Assembly: GCA_030141605.1 (NCBI GenBank) | Contig: JAQGDQ010000372.1 | Location: forward strand, 1 to 64,000 | Origin: Tubiluchus corallicola | Lineage: Eukaryota; Animalia; Priapulida | DNA: 64,000 nt | Direction: 5' to 3' | In this document: positions 35,488 through 49,308 of the stretch, one piece after another | How the letters are laid out: each line of letters begins with the position of its first letter | Numbering within the stretch: position 1 is the first letter of the stretch | Translations under genes and position numbers: made by a program | Notes under the pieces: model-generated | What the model was told of the DNA's origin: nothing | The model's database searches: none | Seen by the model: only the letters and a program-made list of their open reading frames with translations

Positions 35488-35499
35488 CTAAAAGTAAAA

Positions 35500-35725
35500 A
35501 CAGCAAACTTATTCAGCAAAGTTTCAAACACGCAAAAACAGCAATCTTATTCGGTCAAATTTCACACAAGCCTAAACCAACAAATTTTTAACAAAACTTT
35601 CCCACAAGCAAAAACGTCAATCTTGTTCAGCAAAATTTCATACACGCAAAAGTACCAATCTTGTTCAACCAAGTTTCCTACAAGCAAAAATCCCGATACT
35701 ATTTAATTAAGATTCATACAAGTAA
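35500..35725. repeat. Degenerate ~38-39-bp tandem repeat abutting the Ral exon-1 acceptor
   Basis: Recurrent aatcttgttcagcaaaatttcatacaagcaaaaa-like units. Confidence 0.7.
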
Positions 35726-36337
35726 CAGCGTGAATCCTATCAACCTAACATATAACTTTAGAAAATAATTTACTAAATACTACCATAGTATTCCTCAGTC
35801 ACATTTCAAGTACTTTAAAATACTTTACCACACTTGTTAACATGATAACAGTAATATCAAATTCTTGAGTACTGTGTTATTTGTGGAATAAATGAATCTT
35901 GAACCTTAACTAATATCGTATTTCAAAATAGTAATACGTGTATATCAACATTATTTTCTATAGTGCAATAAATCTGTCTTGTACACAACACACTAATAAA
36001 CAAATAAATTCTGAAATTCTTATTTTAAAAATTATTTTGGATATCAAAAAATCCAAATAAACAAAACACCGGACGAAAAAGTGCACATTTCTCACAGCGG
36101 TATTTCTGTTTCAGTATGTATGCACATCATGAGATATTATATTAGTAATCATGTAGTGTTAGTACAAAAAAACGATGGTATATCGATCTATCGAACGCAA
36201 TAAAGAATCTACACTGCGCAACGAAATCCTACAACTTGATTAAACAAGAATTAAACATGTATAAGATCTTCCTTACTTCATCTGCCACACGTTATATACA
36301 TATCAGGTGAATATTATAACCATTATCATCATTATAC

Positions 36338-36421
36338 CTGTTGGCTATCGTCATCTTGGCCAACACACGAATATAACGTGTCCATCATCACACTTTTCAT
36401 ACTCCTGCTATCATCAGCCAT
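36338..36421 (-). CDS. Ral: Candidate alternative upstream coding exon of Ral (MADDSRSMKSVMMDTLYSCVGQDDDSQQ)
   Basis: ATG in atcATGG context; 84 nt; donor CAG|gtataa in phase 0; in frame through EPSVIT into the Ral ATG; TATA-like run at 36681-36694. Confidence 0.5.
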
Positions 36422-37671
36422 GATGAAACTACACGAAACCGGAGAATTTGAGCTTCCTAACAGCTGGGCACTAAAAATTCACACCCTTTGCTACAAATCC
36501 GCTAAAACTACTTAGACACCACAAACATCTGTGCCGCGGCGGCAAAAGCAAAACGCAAACTAACAAATTTTTTCAGCGCATGGCTAACGGCAAACTGGCG
36601 TGTGTAATTTTACTAGAGCAGAGTTCAAAACCTGGGTGAATGTTTTAAACCGCATTAAAACCGCGTTTAGCTGTGACGGCATATATATATAAAACAGGTT
36701 TCACGCTCCACCCCTGCCTGACAATGTGTCAAAAAAGGAACGACCCAAACAATAAACTCTGCCCTAATAAACATCGCGATACAGGAAATGACCATAATAA
36801 TAATCAAAGCAGAAACGTGCGCAAAATGCCAATGAGTTGTTGTTGAAAAGATTCTTAACAACTGCATAATAACGGTACAACATATTAAGGAAAAGGCGTT
36901 TGGACTTCGTGATTCAACTTCATCAAAATTCGTTTCACATTGCGAAGGTGCTGCCACTTTGACCTTGTAACTTATAACAGTGATGAAAAAATAGGCGTGC
37001 TGTATTACACTATTACGTGAAAGTGACCCTCGAACTGCAATACCAACAAAGAATGCGGGTTTATGGACTCTCCCACCATATTTGACAGCATTACTACAAA
37101 TTTTGAGCTTCGGTGAATCGAAGGCTGATCTCTTGTTTTTCCCGCATTCACCTATCCAATTACTCGCCAGAGGAAGGAGTGCTTAACAACGTTGAGTCAT
37201 CCGAGTTCACAATGTATCAAACTGTATCAACAAAACTAGTTAAAATTCTGTTCTAAATTATTCATGGCTACATCATGCGTGTATTTTATCATTGTAAAAA
37301 ATCTACTTAAATTTAAACCATGCTTCTCACGGCTTATTCAGTGCTTTAGTTCAGTGTTTTTGAAATTCTCTCGTTTTTTTTTCTTTCCTGCAGGAAAATT
37401 CTTGTTTACACAAGTATGATTCGATAAGAAATTCAATGGCTACGAATATAAAATGCTATTCAATGGCAGAACTGTACATATAGCATCCACTGCTCACAAA
37501 AGGCTCAGACTTTACGCAAACACTTAACCAAGCAGATGTAACTTGGTAAATTATGATTTCTTAGTAGAAAGTGTCGAAAATGTGTACTATAATAAAAGGT
37601 TTGGGAAAAGAACTTCAAAATAAAACCTTCCAAAAGAAGTCGATGGACCTTACATGGCACTCTATTTAAAG

Positions 37672-37965
37672 CAGTGGTTCCCAAACTTTCTCGGACCGTT
37701 ACCCAAATCGGGAAACCCGGTCGTGTCCATTACCCCCCCACCTAGTACTACTTCTCCCCAGGATCGCACCAGAGATTGTGGGAACGTGCGAATGATGGAC
37801 CCCATGACACAGTGTTGCCTGCCGGAGGCAGTCTCTTCAAGAAGAAAACTACGTAAAATGCATTCCGAGCGAAGTTTTAAAAATTTTCAGAGGGGTGCCC
37901 GTTACCCCCCCAAAAAAACCATATTACCCCCGGGGGGTAATTTACCCCTACTTTGGGAACCACTG
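37672..37965. mobile_element. hAT (Charlie-like) MITE
   Basis: TIR cagtggttcccaaa/tttgggaaccactg; 8-bp TSD atttaaag. Confidence 0.93.
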
Positions 37966-39676
37966 ATTTAAAGCTTAAAAGCGGATGCCTGTAGACTCTA
38001 TGAACAGTGGTTTCAGCTAAATTAATACATATATACCAAACATGTTTAGCAATATAATTCATAAACTTTGTATAGGCCATATTGAATTTTGATAGGAAAC
38101 TTTATTTTGCATTTCTCACCGTGCGCATACACGTGGTAGGAGACGAGCGAATAATTGAGTGGTTACGGCGTGTGTTTGACAACAGAAGTGGTAGAAACTG
38201 TAAGTGGGACGAACAAATAACTAAGTGGTCACGGCGTGTGTTTGGCAACTGAAATTAAGCGAAATTAGTCAGAGAGAGGGCGGTTAACAGTATGCTTCGC
38301 TCACATTACCCATTCTATTTACCTCGTCAAAGATGCATGCATTCAAATGCCAGCGTGGACAGCTTTGCTAATTGTGTCACATGTTAGATGATTAGCCCTA
38401 ATAATAACCCAGATTCTGGTCCCGGCGCAACTGTCCGCAACAAGTGGGCACTACACCGGGAGTGCTGAATACCAGCTTGTAGAATCCTGAGTTGTGTATA
38501 TAAAAAGTAACGGAATTCGTCGACCACTGCTGTGCATAGTTATTTTTCAAGGCACGTCAACATAAATTTCAACATTGCTCGAAGACGGGAAGCCATTGAG
38601 AGTGCATGTGTATACACACGAGCAACAGCCTGCATCATTAACGTGTATCCGGAGACAGCCTAATTTAAACAGCATGTCAATTTGATGTTATAAAACAGTA
38701 GAACATCATGCACTTTCCAAACCACGGGGAGCAGAGGGCTTCCAGCTGCCGAAGGAAGCCAGTTATTTAGCTAATGAAAACGACAACTTGGATGGAAAAA
38801 CTGCTGGAATTCGGCTCAGATGAAGCCAGAAAAAATCTAAAATTCACTACATATGAAGCCGTACTTCTAAACTGCTAGACCTTTCAGTTGAAGTTTTCTC
38901 ATCTACTGTTATTCGAGACAGGGAGCCCAGGGAGCATTCGTCTCCCCGACCCCAGAAGCCACTGTTATTCGACATGGAAGCACTGGTTTCCCAATTTCCT
39001 CCTGGTGGGAAAATTCCCATACGCGCCCGGCCCATATTCAGCCATGCACAAACCTCCATATCCAGCACACCAAAAATTATGGCCTAGCTCAAAAAATCTT
39101 TATATAGACACACAGTAACGAAAAATAAAGGCCCGTTCATTTGCTAACTTTTGACTCGGAGACATACTAGGACATATTAAAATATATCCCCCCTCCCATC
39201 AGGGAAGCGCAACAATGTTAGCTCTGTGACACAATGCCCTGTGCGTGTGCGAGTTATTAAATAAACAAAAAGGCACAAACAAATAACAAAAAACGGGAAT
39301 AAATCAAGAAGATTCTCACAGTATGTAGTCCTGTTTGAAAGCAAGGTTTATTGAGAATAAAACCAGGAGTTTCTACCCGCAAGTGTTTATATGTTACCCC
39401 CCCCCATGATCACGTGACTCATGTAACGTTTGTTCCTTCTTCTTAGTCTTATAAATAATCAATAAACCGCAAGAGAAAATCTGAAAGCGTGAATTTACAC
39501 ACTTACAAAAATGAAGACAGCTTTTACAAGCAGCTCAAGAGGAAGTCGTTTGTAGACGGAGAAAAACTAAACACGCAAGAAATAACATTGCCCTGTAGAT
39601 TTGAAAAAATTGCCTCTAAGATTGGATCAATTTGGCGGCTCTCAACGGATTACTCCGCGGAATGAATGGAAATAAT

Positions 39677-40803
39677 AGGTGGATATTGTACGCATCATTG
39701 ACTGCTGGTGGGTGGGTAGCATTAGTGGCAGAATACCGGGTAGATAACTAACATAGTGATGGGTACCTTGTCTAATACGTGAAAATACTAGGTGGAAAAT
39801 GTACGCATCATTGACTGTTGGTGGGTGGGTAGCATTAATGGCAGAATACCGGGTAGATAAGTAACATAGTGATGGGTAGCTTGTCTAATACGTGTATACG
39901 TGAAAATACTAGGTGGAAAATGTACGCATCATTGACTGTTGGTGGGTGGGTAGCATTAATGGCAGAATACCGGGTAGATAAGTAACATAGTGATGGGTAG
40001 CTTGTCTAATACGTGAAAATACTAGGTGGATATTGTACGCATCAATTAATGGCAAAATACCTGGTAGATAAGTAACATAGTGATGGGTAGCTTGTCTAAT
40101 ACGTGTATACGTGAAAATACCAGGTGGATATTGTACGCATCATTGACTGTTGGTGGGTGGGTAGCACTAATGACAGAATACCCAGTAGATAAGTAACATA
40201 GTGATGGGTGCCTTGTCTAATACGTGAAAATACTAGGTGGATATTGTACGCATCATTGACTGTTGGTGGGTGGGTAGCATTAATGGCAGAATACGGGGTA
40301 TATAAGTAACACAGTGATGGGTAGCTTGTCTAGTACGTGTATACGTGAAAATACTAGGTGGAAAATGTACGTATCATTGACTGTTGGTGGGTGGGTAGCA
40401 GTAATGGCACAATACCCGATAGATAAGCAACATTATAATGGGTAGCTTGTCTAATATGTGTACACGTGAAAATACCAGGTGGAAAATGTACGCATCATTG
40501 ACTGTTGGTGGGTGGGTAGCACTAATGGCAGAATACCCGGTAGATAAGTAACATATTGATGGGTACCTTGTCTAATACGTGAAAATACTAGGTGGAAAAT
40601 GTATGCATTATTGACTGTTGGTGGGTGGGTAGCATTAATGGCAGAATACCTGGTACACAGTGATGGGCAGCTTGTCTAATACGTGTATACGTGAAAATAC
40701 TAGGTGGAAAATGTACGCATCATTGACTGTTGGTGAGTGGGTAGCATTAATGGCAGAATACCCGGTAGATAAGTAACATAGTGATGGGTAGCTTGTCTAA
40801 TAC
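39677..40803. repeat. 113/121-bp tandem repeat, 10 copies
   Basis: Unit aggtggaaaatgtacgcatcattgactgttggtgggtgggtagc...tacgtgaaaatact; optional 8-bp tatacgtg duplication. Confidence 0.96.
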
Positions 40804-41319
40804 ACGTATGGGATTTGATGGCATGAGGTGTGATGATAGTTCAGTCGTACAAAAATACCATTTTGTATTTCTTCAATTGCTTGCTAGCTAAATTCAGGGT
40901 GTGATTTGTGCAAACAAAGAACAAATAAACAAAGCAACAAACTGACAACTGACCATCTAACTGTCCTAATCACCCAAAACCATGCAATTAACCAACTAAT
41001 AAGCCAGCCAAAAAGGAAATAATCCAAAAAACGAAATCAACAGACCAACCGACTAACCAATTGTCGCCTACGATTAGACTTTGTTCACAAATTTATTTGT
41101 GAATAACAAAATCTGCGCCTTTGAGCAGTGGATTAGAGATCTTTGGCTATGGAAACTGATGCCAAAACAGCACTGTTATTACAGATACTTAAAAATGCAC
41201 GTTTAGTGAACTCATGATAAACACATTCACACCACAACCTCACAAGCTAACTCACTCAAATCACTCCTCCCACTGAGACATTGCACATACTACATCCGCC
41301 TATTGTAGGTAGCCACTTC

Positions 41320-41750
41320 ATTCAATTCAATTCGATTTTTTAAAATCAATTTTAATTCATTTATCTCTTTATAATGCTACAATAAAACATGATCAATAAA
41401 AGAATCGATAATAAGTTTTGAGGAATGGTTAAAATGAATAGATAGATCTAGAACTAGAGAAAGGATAGCGAAAAGGCTATAAAGTCACCTAGTCTGCTAT
41501 CCTTTACCGAATATAGATAAAATGATTTTTAGACACTGGTGGGCATTAATGTTACGAGTTTAAATTAGGAAACATTAATAATTTTAAAATCATGACATTT
41601 GCTATATAATGAAGTAATCCAGAGTAAAGAAAATACGTGTAATTTAATTAGCGGGCAACAAAATAAGGTTAATCTTGATTAAACTAAAAATAGCGTTTAG
41701 ATTTTATGTGAAATACAGGTCAAAATTGTAATGAAATGATAAAAACACTT
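41320..41750 (-). mobile_element. ~450-bp interspersed repeat, copy 2 (inverted)
   Basis: Reverse complement of 8858-9308. Confidence 0.85.
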
Positions 41751-44426
41751 ACTGTAGCTTTTAGTAATACACTACACTTTACACTAATTTACTTTCTCAT
41801 TCAGCGTATCTACAATACATTATATATGCACAGGTAACTTTCATCTATTCAAAATCATTGTGCAGACTTTAAGCCATTTGTTCAACGAGTGTTTAAATTT
41901 TTTCTATTCATATTATCTTTCTGAAGAATGAATCGTGCTTCTCGATTTGAAAAACGTTAAAGCATTAATTTTATTTTCACAAAAGGCACAGCGTGAAAAA
42001 TATAAAATAGTACAGTACTAAACATCACACGTATTACACAATTTACGAGAATTTACTCCCACTAGCTACCAAATACAATTCATGGTTTTCATCAATCAAA
42101 GTCAAAAGGATTCCATTTCTTCAGTAACTGAAACACTTCTTTGATCTTCACCTCAAACTTTAGCGATTTTCTTGTCTGTCAATAAGACCCACGAATTACA
42201 AGTTTAAAGGGCTCATCTAGGATGGGGGGGACGAAAACCAAAAATCCGCTTAGATGTGAGACAGAAAATACCCCAAAACTAAATTTATATTCCAGATTCA
42301 TGCAATCTAACAACAAACACTAATTTACAGAGATATTAAGTCACAAATGTTATTCAGTAAACCACTAATACACATTATATATAAAGTACGTGCAGTTATT
42401 TACATAGATGTTTAATCAAATCTGGCGAATTTAAAACACCCCGTATTGTATTATGTGCTGGTGACGTCATGGAAGAAATATTTGCTTCCTACAGTAAGTT
42501 GAGTCAACACTGATTACCTGATAATAGAGATAACGCCTGGCTATAGTATGTCTACACAACTACGTTCCCATTCACGTTGGCCACTAGTTCCGAATGAATA
42601 TGATAAAAAGCATAGGATATTGAACTATATTAATCATATTTTCGTTAGACATAGGTCTCAACTTTTCTGCGGTATGAAGAGTAGTTTGCTTTTAGTGACA
42701 ATGCTAATCTAAATGGGTGAATTGTTTGCAATCTAGAATATAACTTTTGGATGTAAGTCAATAGCATGATTGTGGTAATATCATCTAATATGTGAACTAA
42801 TATAACATGACCTGACCATGTCATAATGTGACACGACGCAGCGTAACGCACTGCTACGCAAAGTATTACACATCAATTATATATATGTCACGTTATGCAA
42901 CACAATGGTAACTACATGCATAGTGAATGTATATTTAATATTTCTTGTCATAGGTTGAGCAAGCAAGATCCTTGTTTATTTATTATTTGCATACGACGTC
43001 TTGCCGTAAGCCTGTAAACTACTATATGAGAAACTACAGTTAAGATTTGAAAACTTTCATGATTATGGACATTACGCTGCGAGTACACCGTCAGACCCAT
43101 TCGAAAAGCCAGGTCCGCAAGGTAAAGCCAATGACACACGGCCGCCCTATACATTGCCGCACGGCAAACGCGCGGCGAATGTCGAAAGATCCGTGTAGAA
43201 GAGAGCACAGCAGCAACGGCGGCCGTACAAGCAAAACTTTTGCCGCCATTTAGTTTTCGTACTTCTGCATTGTGTTTTAATATTGAAAATTAGATCTATA
43301 ATCAGCAGTTATTTGGTAGATTATCTTGTTTTTTGAAGCTTTTGCGTCACTACAATTTTTTTTTTTCAATTAAAAACGTGCATTTATTTCCATATTCATG
43401 ATATAACTGAGGCAAGTAAATGTATTTAATTATCACAATGGAAATGAGATGGTGAAAGACCAAGATTGTCAACAAGTACAGCCAACCACTTACCACAGCG
43501 TGGAGTAAGGTTAGACATTGCAGTTGATCAAAAATAGGACATGGAAAATTTGCGTCTACCAAGTGCTGCTGTCATTTCAATATTGAATTTACGCAGATTT
43601 AAAAAAGACCCGCACGATATAACATCATTCATGAAAACAACTAAAATTTGTTCTGGGCTGTTCTGTTACGAAAATTAATGCTTTACAAAAACCGAATTAT
43701 TGAAGTACCAATTTTAGTTTACTCTGCGAACGCTAAAGAAAAATTTTACCTAAAATTCATTATTGATTAATTGATTTACGGATTTTCGTTTGCCACACTT
43801 TTTGAAAAGTCATAAAAAATTGCCAGCGAATGAATAAGTCCCAGTTTTTTCGTTTTCCGTCAATAGAAATATACATCAATTCTCAACAAGTTTAATTATT
43901 TATTACTACAAAGCAGGTAAAAAGCATCTGAGGAAAAATTACTATTAATCCTACGAAGCGTCTACACGTTCTTGCTTCAAGTGCAAATTTGCAATTCAAA
44001 TGACAACCAGCTGACTGATATTGAACTTCCACAAAATTTTAATCCTGCGAGCAAGCAAAGCATTACGGATTTGGCGCAGCACTTCGATAAAATTAGCCTC
44101 TTCAAACAAAACTTCGCAAACACCACTTTCCTTTGAAACGAAATCACAAATACACAAACCATATTTTACTTAGCACATTTTAATGCACTATTATCTCTAT
44201 TCAGGTTATCCTCTTATTCAATTCACATCTGCTTCATAATGACATTGTGTGTGTTGTGTTTATCGACTCCCCATCTTTAATTATATTGAAAACCAACCAA
44301 GCTTAACAACTAATTGCTCTTCAACGGAAGCCCATGCATCCAGACCACTCTAAACAGTTGGAAAAAATCATAAATAAACGAATAGATTGTTTTAGCAGCA
44401 GAAAAAAAGCGCGTTGTACTAATCAA

Positions 44427-44748
44427 CAGGGCCTATTTCAGCCTAGGCGAGGCCCGGGGGAGTGGGGCGCCCAGAAAATTTTTGAACAGCTAGAATGCTG
44501 GAGAAGCATTTTCGGTGAGAAAATATGGAGCTATACAGTTGTCAAAGGAAAGAACAATTGAAAGAAAAACTGCTTTATTCTCAAGACCAGTCCTTAATAC
44601 TTGTCAATACTGACAAACGGCGCGCGAGCGGCAAGAGAGAGCAGGCAGTATGTTCGCATAAAGCAAAAAATGTTACCTTGGCGCGAGGCCCCCTGGAGGG
44701 TGAGGCCCCGGGGAAGTATCCCCACTCCCCCCCTTGAAATAGGCCCTG
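44427..44748 (+). mobile_element. hAT-type MITE, copy B
   Basis: TIR cagggcctatttca/tgaaataggccctg; 8-bp TSD ctaatcaa. Confidence 0.92.
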
Positions 44749-46010
44749 CTAATCAAAATCTATCTTACTTTTGTAAAATTAACTTAAATGAAAGCCACTA
44801 AAATATTGTGCTTTTGCACTTACTGATTTTAGTATTTGATGTGTGGTGTTGTCAGTTATCTTTTACAGTATCTACTAAAGAAAGACAGATGAAAAACGCT
44901 TCTAAGGAACTCAAAAGCCCAGCCCAAACAAATAATGCAGCTTGTAAGCTGCAACCCTACAATATGTATGCTAACAAGACAGCATGAACTGACAACATGC
45001 CACAACTTGTCTGCGTAGGAAACTGACAATAATGAACAATGCAAGTAGGAGTTGTTCTGTGACCGAGAGAGAGGTTTTTGGAAGTACCGCAGGCAGATTT
45101 CAAGGCGCAAGTCGATGGTGCAGAAATCACGTGGACACATTAGCCCCACGAATAATTTTTTGTTTGAAACTGTGTGAAACTTACCCGAGAAAAGTCAAAA
45201 GCTCTGAAAATAAGATGACTCTCTTCGAGCAACTGATCATCGTGATTCTTGGTTTTGAAAAGTCAATCACGTAGCAGCGAACATCAGTGCTGATGATGTC
45301 AAACCAAGCATTATCACTAGTACTGATTACCACACAAACGGCCCCAATCAGGGACTATTTACTATAAGGGGTTTCCAGGCTCTCTCCACAATCAATACGC
45401 GCTAAAAGCACAGAAGAATCGGCTTGTCAAGACGCTTTTCACAACAGCAATTACCGTGTCAAGACCTCAATTTGCAGAAATGAGATGAAATCATAAATTT
45501 ATAATCATTCACACGCCGTAAATTCATTTTATATCCTGCCTAGTGGCTTAATCAAGCGAAAAGTGAACAATTTAGCTTCTAGATTGAGCTTTCGTGGTTT
45601 TACGTTCATGCAAAAAAACTCTGCAAAGTTAGAAACTTGAAAAGATAATTGTGTTCCTGTTTTTAAATAGGAACACGCGCCTACGTACATTTATAAATAG
45701 CCTGCTTATTATTAATTTTTGTCAAATTTACAAGAAGAATCAACGTTTAAACTTATAATCTCAAAATGTACAACTAATTATCTTTCTTCGAACTTAACAC
45801 ATAATTCTAAACGGTTTTGTTTTTGCTAGATCAATTAACGTTTACTACCGAGTACCAAGTAGGCACGAGTTAAAGGAAAACCGGATGATTGTGTAGGCAC
45901 GAGTTCAGAATGCTCTAAAATACTGAAAGCTACAATAGCTTATAAATCAAAGCTTAGATTAAATAATAACTACCTCGGATACTCAAATTTTGTTAAACTT
46001 TCAAAGCTTA

Positions 46011-46340
46011 ACTAAGAGTCCTACAACTGATAATTCAAGACCTATCAAACACCAATAACTAAGAGTCCTACAACTGATAATTCAAGACCTACCAAACACC
46101 AATAACTAAGAGTCCTACAACTGATAGTTCAAGACCTACCAAACACCAATAACTAAGAGTCCTACAACTGATAGTTCAAGACCTACCAAACACCAATAAC
46201 TAAGAGTCCTACAACTGATAATTCAAGACCTATCAAACACCAATAACTAAGAGTCCTACAACTGATAATTCAAGACCTATCAAACACCAATAACTAAGAG
46301 TCCTACAACTGATAATTCAAGACCTACCAAACACCAATAA
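46011..46340. repeat. 47-bp tandem repeat, 7 copies
   Basis: Unit actaagagtcctacaactgataattcaagacctaycaaacaccaata. Confidence 0.96.
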
Positions 46341-47986
46341 CAATTGTTCAGATGTACGAAGAAGCCCGACCCAACTACACAAACTCTCGTAAGTTAGCTA
46401 AAGAAATCAAGCTCACACTGTGACCAACTGCCACAGATTGAAATTCACAAATCACCAGTATTCACAAATTACTTTGTGGCTTTATGGACTGCAACACAAC
46501 GCAAATGTCTATGTATTAGCTACAAGTATTAGGCATACTACAAACAGAAATGGGTTAAGTTATTAAAGCCACAGAGCTATGACCGCTTAACTTCTTAACC
46601 TCCGTGTAATCGTGGGCAAGTATCAAATCACAGAAGGACATCTTCAAGCGTTCAATGAAGACCTCAGGATTATGTTTATCTTTAGCAACTGGTTCATCAT
46701 TATCGCCTAGCTACTTCTTAAGCTGTAGGAAGCACTCCGCATGAGGCACGAAATTCTCATTTCCATAGTAATAACACTGTCCTCTATCAACCTGACTGTG
46801 GCAGAATGATGGATTATGAAGCAGGCTGCTACACAGGCTGGTGCATGAAAACAAAGTAGGAATTGAAGCCAATAAGGCAATCACACGCTGCCGATGAGAA
46901 ACTCTTGAGATAAGCCCAGAAATGAGTCACTGGTCAGTCAGAATCTGAATCTGAAATCCCCAAACGTTACACTTCGGGAAACGATAGGAATGTAATACCC
47001 AATATATGTGTATGCATATTCAGTAGATCCTTTGATGTGCGTATGTAAATGCATATGTATGTGAAAGCTTAGGAATGTGTGCGAATGTGGTAAATATATC
47101 TGAAAAAGCTCTTTATATGTATAAGGTTTCCTCAAATCTGTCTCCCTTTTCATAAAGAACGATTCATGAACATGTCGCTCGTTTGATGTAAATTGCATTT
47201 TCATCGACACTATAAGATATAGAACATAGAACATTTATTTTCTCCAATTAGTTTAACATAAAATTTTTTAAATATTAAGTAATTATAGTCATGGAGCAGG
47301 GCAGGGAAGGACCATAGGGTCATCTAGTCTCCTGCCATAGAAGTAAATGGCAAAATTCTGTATACAGGATTGATGGGGTATCAGTGAAACAGGATAATAT
47401 CTACGAAAAGACATCAGTGACACGAGAAAAAGGGCCACAACCTTGTTCGAAATATATTAAATATATGCTAAAACATGCTAATGACATTCTTTTTATGATT
47501 TTATCTGCAATAATCAGTGGCATTTATTGGTGAGATGTTTTGGGTGATTCTAGAACCCAATCAATAAGTGTACATCTGCAAGCAACGCAGGAAGGATCTA
47601 TTGGTATAATACTAGAAGAGCAATTAAAGAAAAAAAAAACAACTTATGTATAAACAACAATGTAAAGGCATTAAAGTTGTAGAGATAGAATAACAGAATT
47701 ACACTTACATAAATCCAGAAAGATAAAACTGCAGAATTACACAGTTTACATACATCCAGAAGACTGGTATATCGAATAGGCGTCTTATATAACAAGATGA
47801 TTTCTCTTTAATTCCTTTTCTAGTGTTATATCAACAGATCTTTTCAATGTTGGTTACAGTCATACACTTACGGATTGACAGTAATATAAATTAATAATAG
47901 ATTAATAGTAATTAATAGATTAATTGACTCTCTCTTGTGGCTTTGTTAATTGTCACCATGAGAAAGAATGTATAACTTAACTTAAG

Positions 47987-48120
47987 AGTAAGTAAGTAAT
48001 TTTTTATTTTCCTCCATAAATTTACAATGATTTGACAATAAAATACACAAAAATACAAACGAACATGGGAGAAAGGGTGGCGCGAAAAACCAAAGGTTAT
48101 CGAGTCAACCACCCTTCTCA
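47987..48120 (-). mobile_element. LINE 3'-end family copy (inverted relative to 29482-29606)
   Basis: Near-identical reverse complement with (ttac)n tail. Confidence 0.75.
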
Positions 48121-48845
48121 AAGGACAGTAAACAAAAAGACGCTAATGACAGCAGACACAACTATATTAAAAAATACATAAACGTGCAGAAATACAAAAA
48201 CAAAAATACAACAACAGTAGTGGCACCTATGATATAAACTAATGTAATCTGACTAATTTATAGCCCCGTGTTGTTAAATTCACAAGTCAAATCCAATCTG
48301 GCAAGTCGCCACCCATCTGTTATCAGCAAATAAATTGAATTACAGAAGACAATATCCTCCGCAAACCTATCTTATTTACTTGGACGCAAATTCTGACAGA
48401 AACGAAGTTAATCAATCGTGTTTCGAATGCAAGACATGCTGTAGTCTCAACTAACGGACCTCCTGGTCATTTTGGCTCATGCAATGTTTACAAAGTTAGT
48501 TACTCTGTTGACTAGTTCGGAGCACATAATATTGATTCTAGTCCAGTTTCGTTTTACGTCACGTTTACAGACCAAGAGGATCAAATTATAAATGGCAGTG
48601 ATTTCTACTGTAAACAACACAACAGTATCACAAGGGCATGCCTGTACGTTGTACGAGTATGTGGCCTGTCCTATAATTCACAGTTTGCACAAGTCTTACC
48701 TCTCCTTTATAAAATTACTAAAAAACCTGTATAGCTAAATGTTTGTCTTATCAGTATATTGAGAATTATATTATTTAGTATTATTGTCCAAGTCAGTAGA
48801 TTTGTTCTTAATCAATAAGCCTAGAAATAATGAGGTTGAACTCAA

Positions 48846-49308
48846 ATCAAAATGTATTTAACTCCTGTTCTTGATTAATTGCATTATTAACCCAAAGTGT
48901 TTTTATCATTTCCTAACAATTTTGACCCGTATTTCACATAAAATCTAAATGCAATTTTTAGTTTAATCAAGACTGACCTTATTTTGTTGCCCGCTAATTA
49001 AATTACATGTATATTCTTTTCTCGGGATTATATAGCAAATCTCATGATTTTAAAAATTACTAATGTTTCCTAAATTAAACTGACAACATTAATGCCCACC
49101 AGTGTCTAAAAAATCTTTTATCTATATTTGGTAAAGGATAGCAAACTAGGTGACTTTATAGTCTATTCGCTATCCTTTCTCTAGTTCTAGATCCATCTAT
49201 ACATTTTAACCATTTTTCAAAATTTATTAGCGATTCTTTTATTAATCATGTTTTATTGTAACACTATAAAGAGATAAATAAATTGAAATTGAATTGAACT
49301 GAATTGAA
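48846..49308 (+). mobile_element. ~450-bp interspersed repeat, copy 3
   Basis: Matches 8858-9308; (aattg)n tail. Confidence 0.85.

Noticed and set aside
38700-39450. LTR plus gag remnant
   Set aside because: LTR-like composition, but no clear PBS, second LTR or recognisable protein motif
39677-40803. G-quadruplex array (ggtgggtggg)
   Set aside because: Only two adjacent G3 runs per unit
43091-43249. Minus-strand ORF MAAKVLLVRPP... with YY1-like AAATGGCGGC
   Set aside because: 52 codons, no homology recognised and no good donor; may be regulatory or a repeat fragment
46560-46800. Degenerate Gypsy gag-like frame on the minus strand (FIERLKMSFCD)
   Set aside because: Similarity too weak to support by eye
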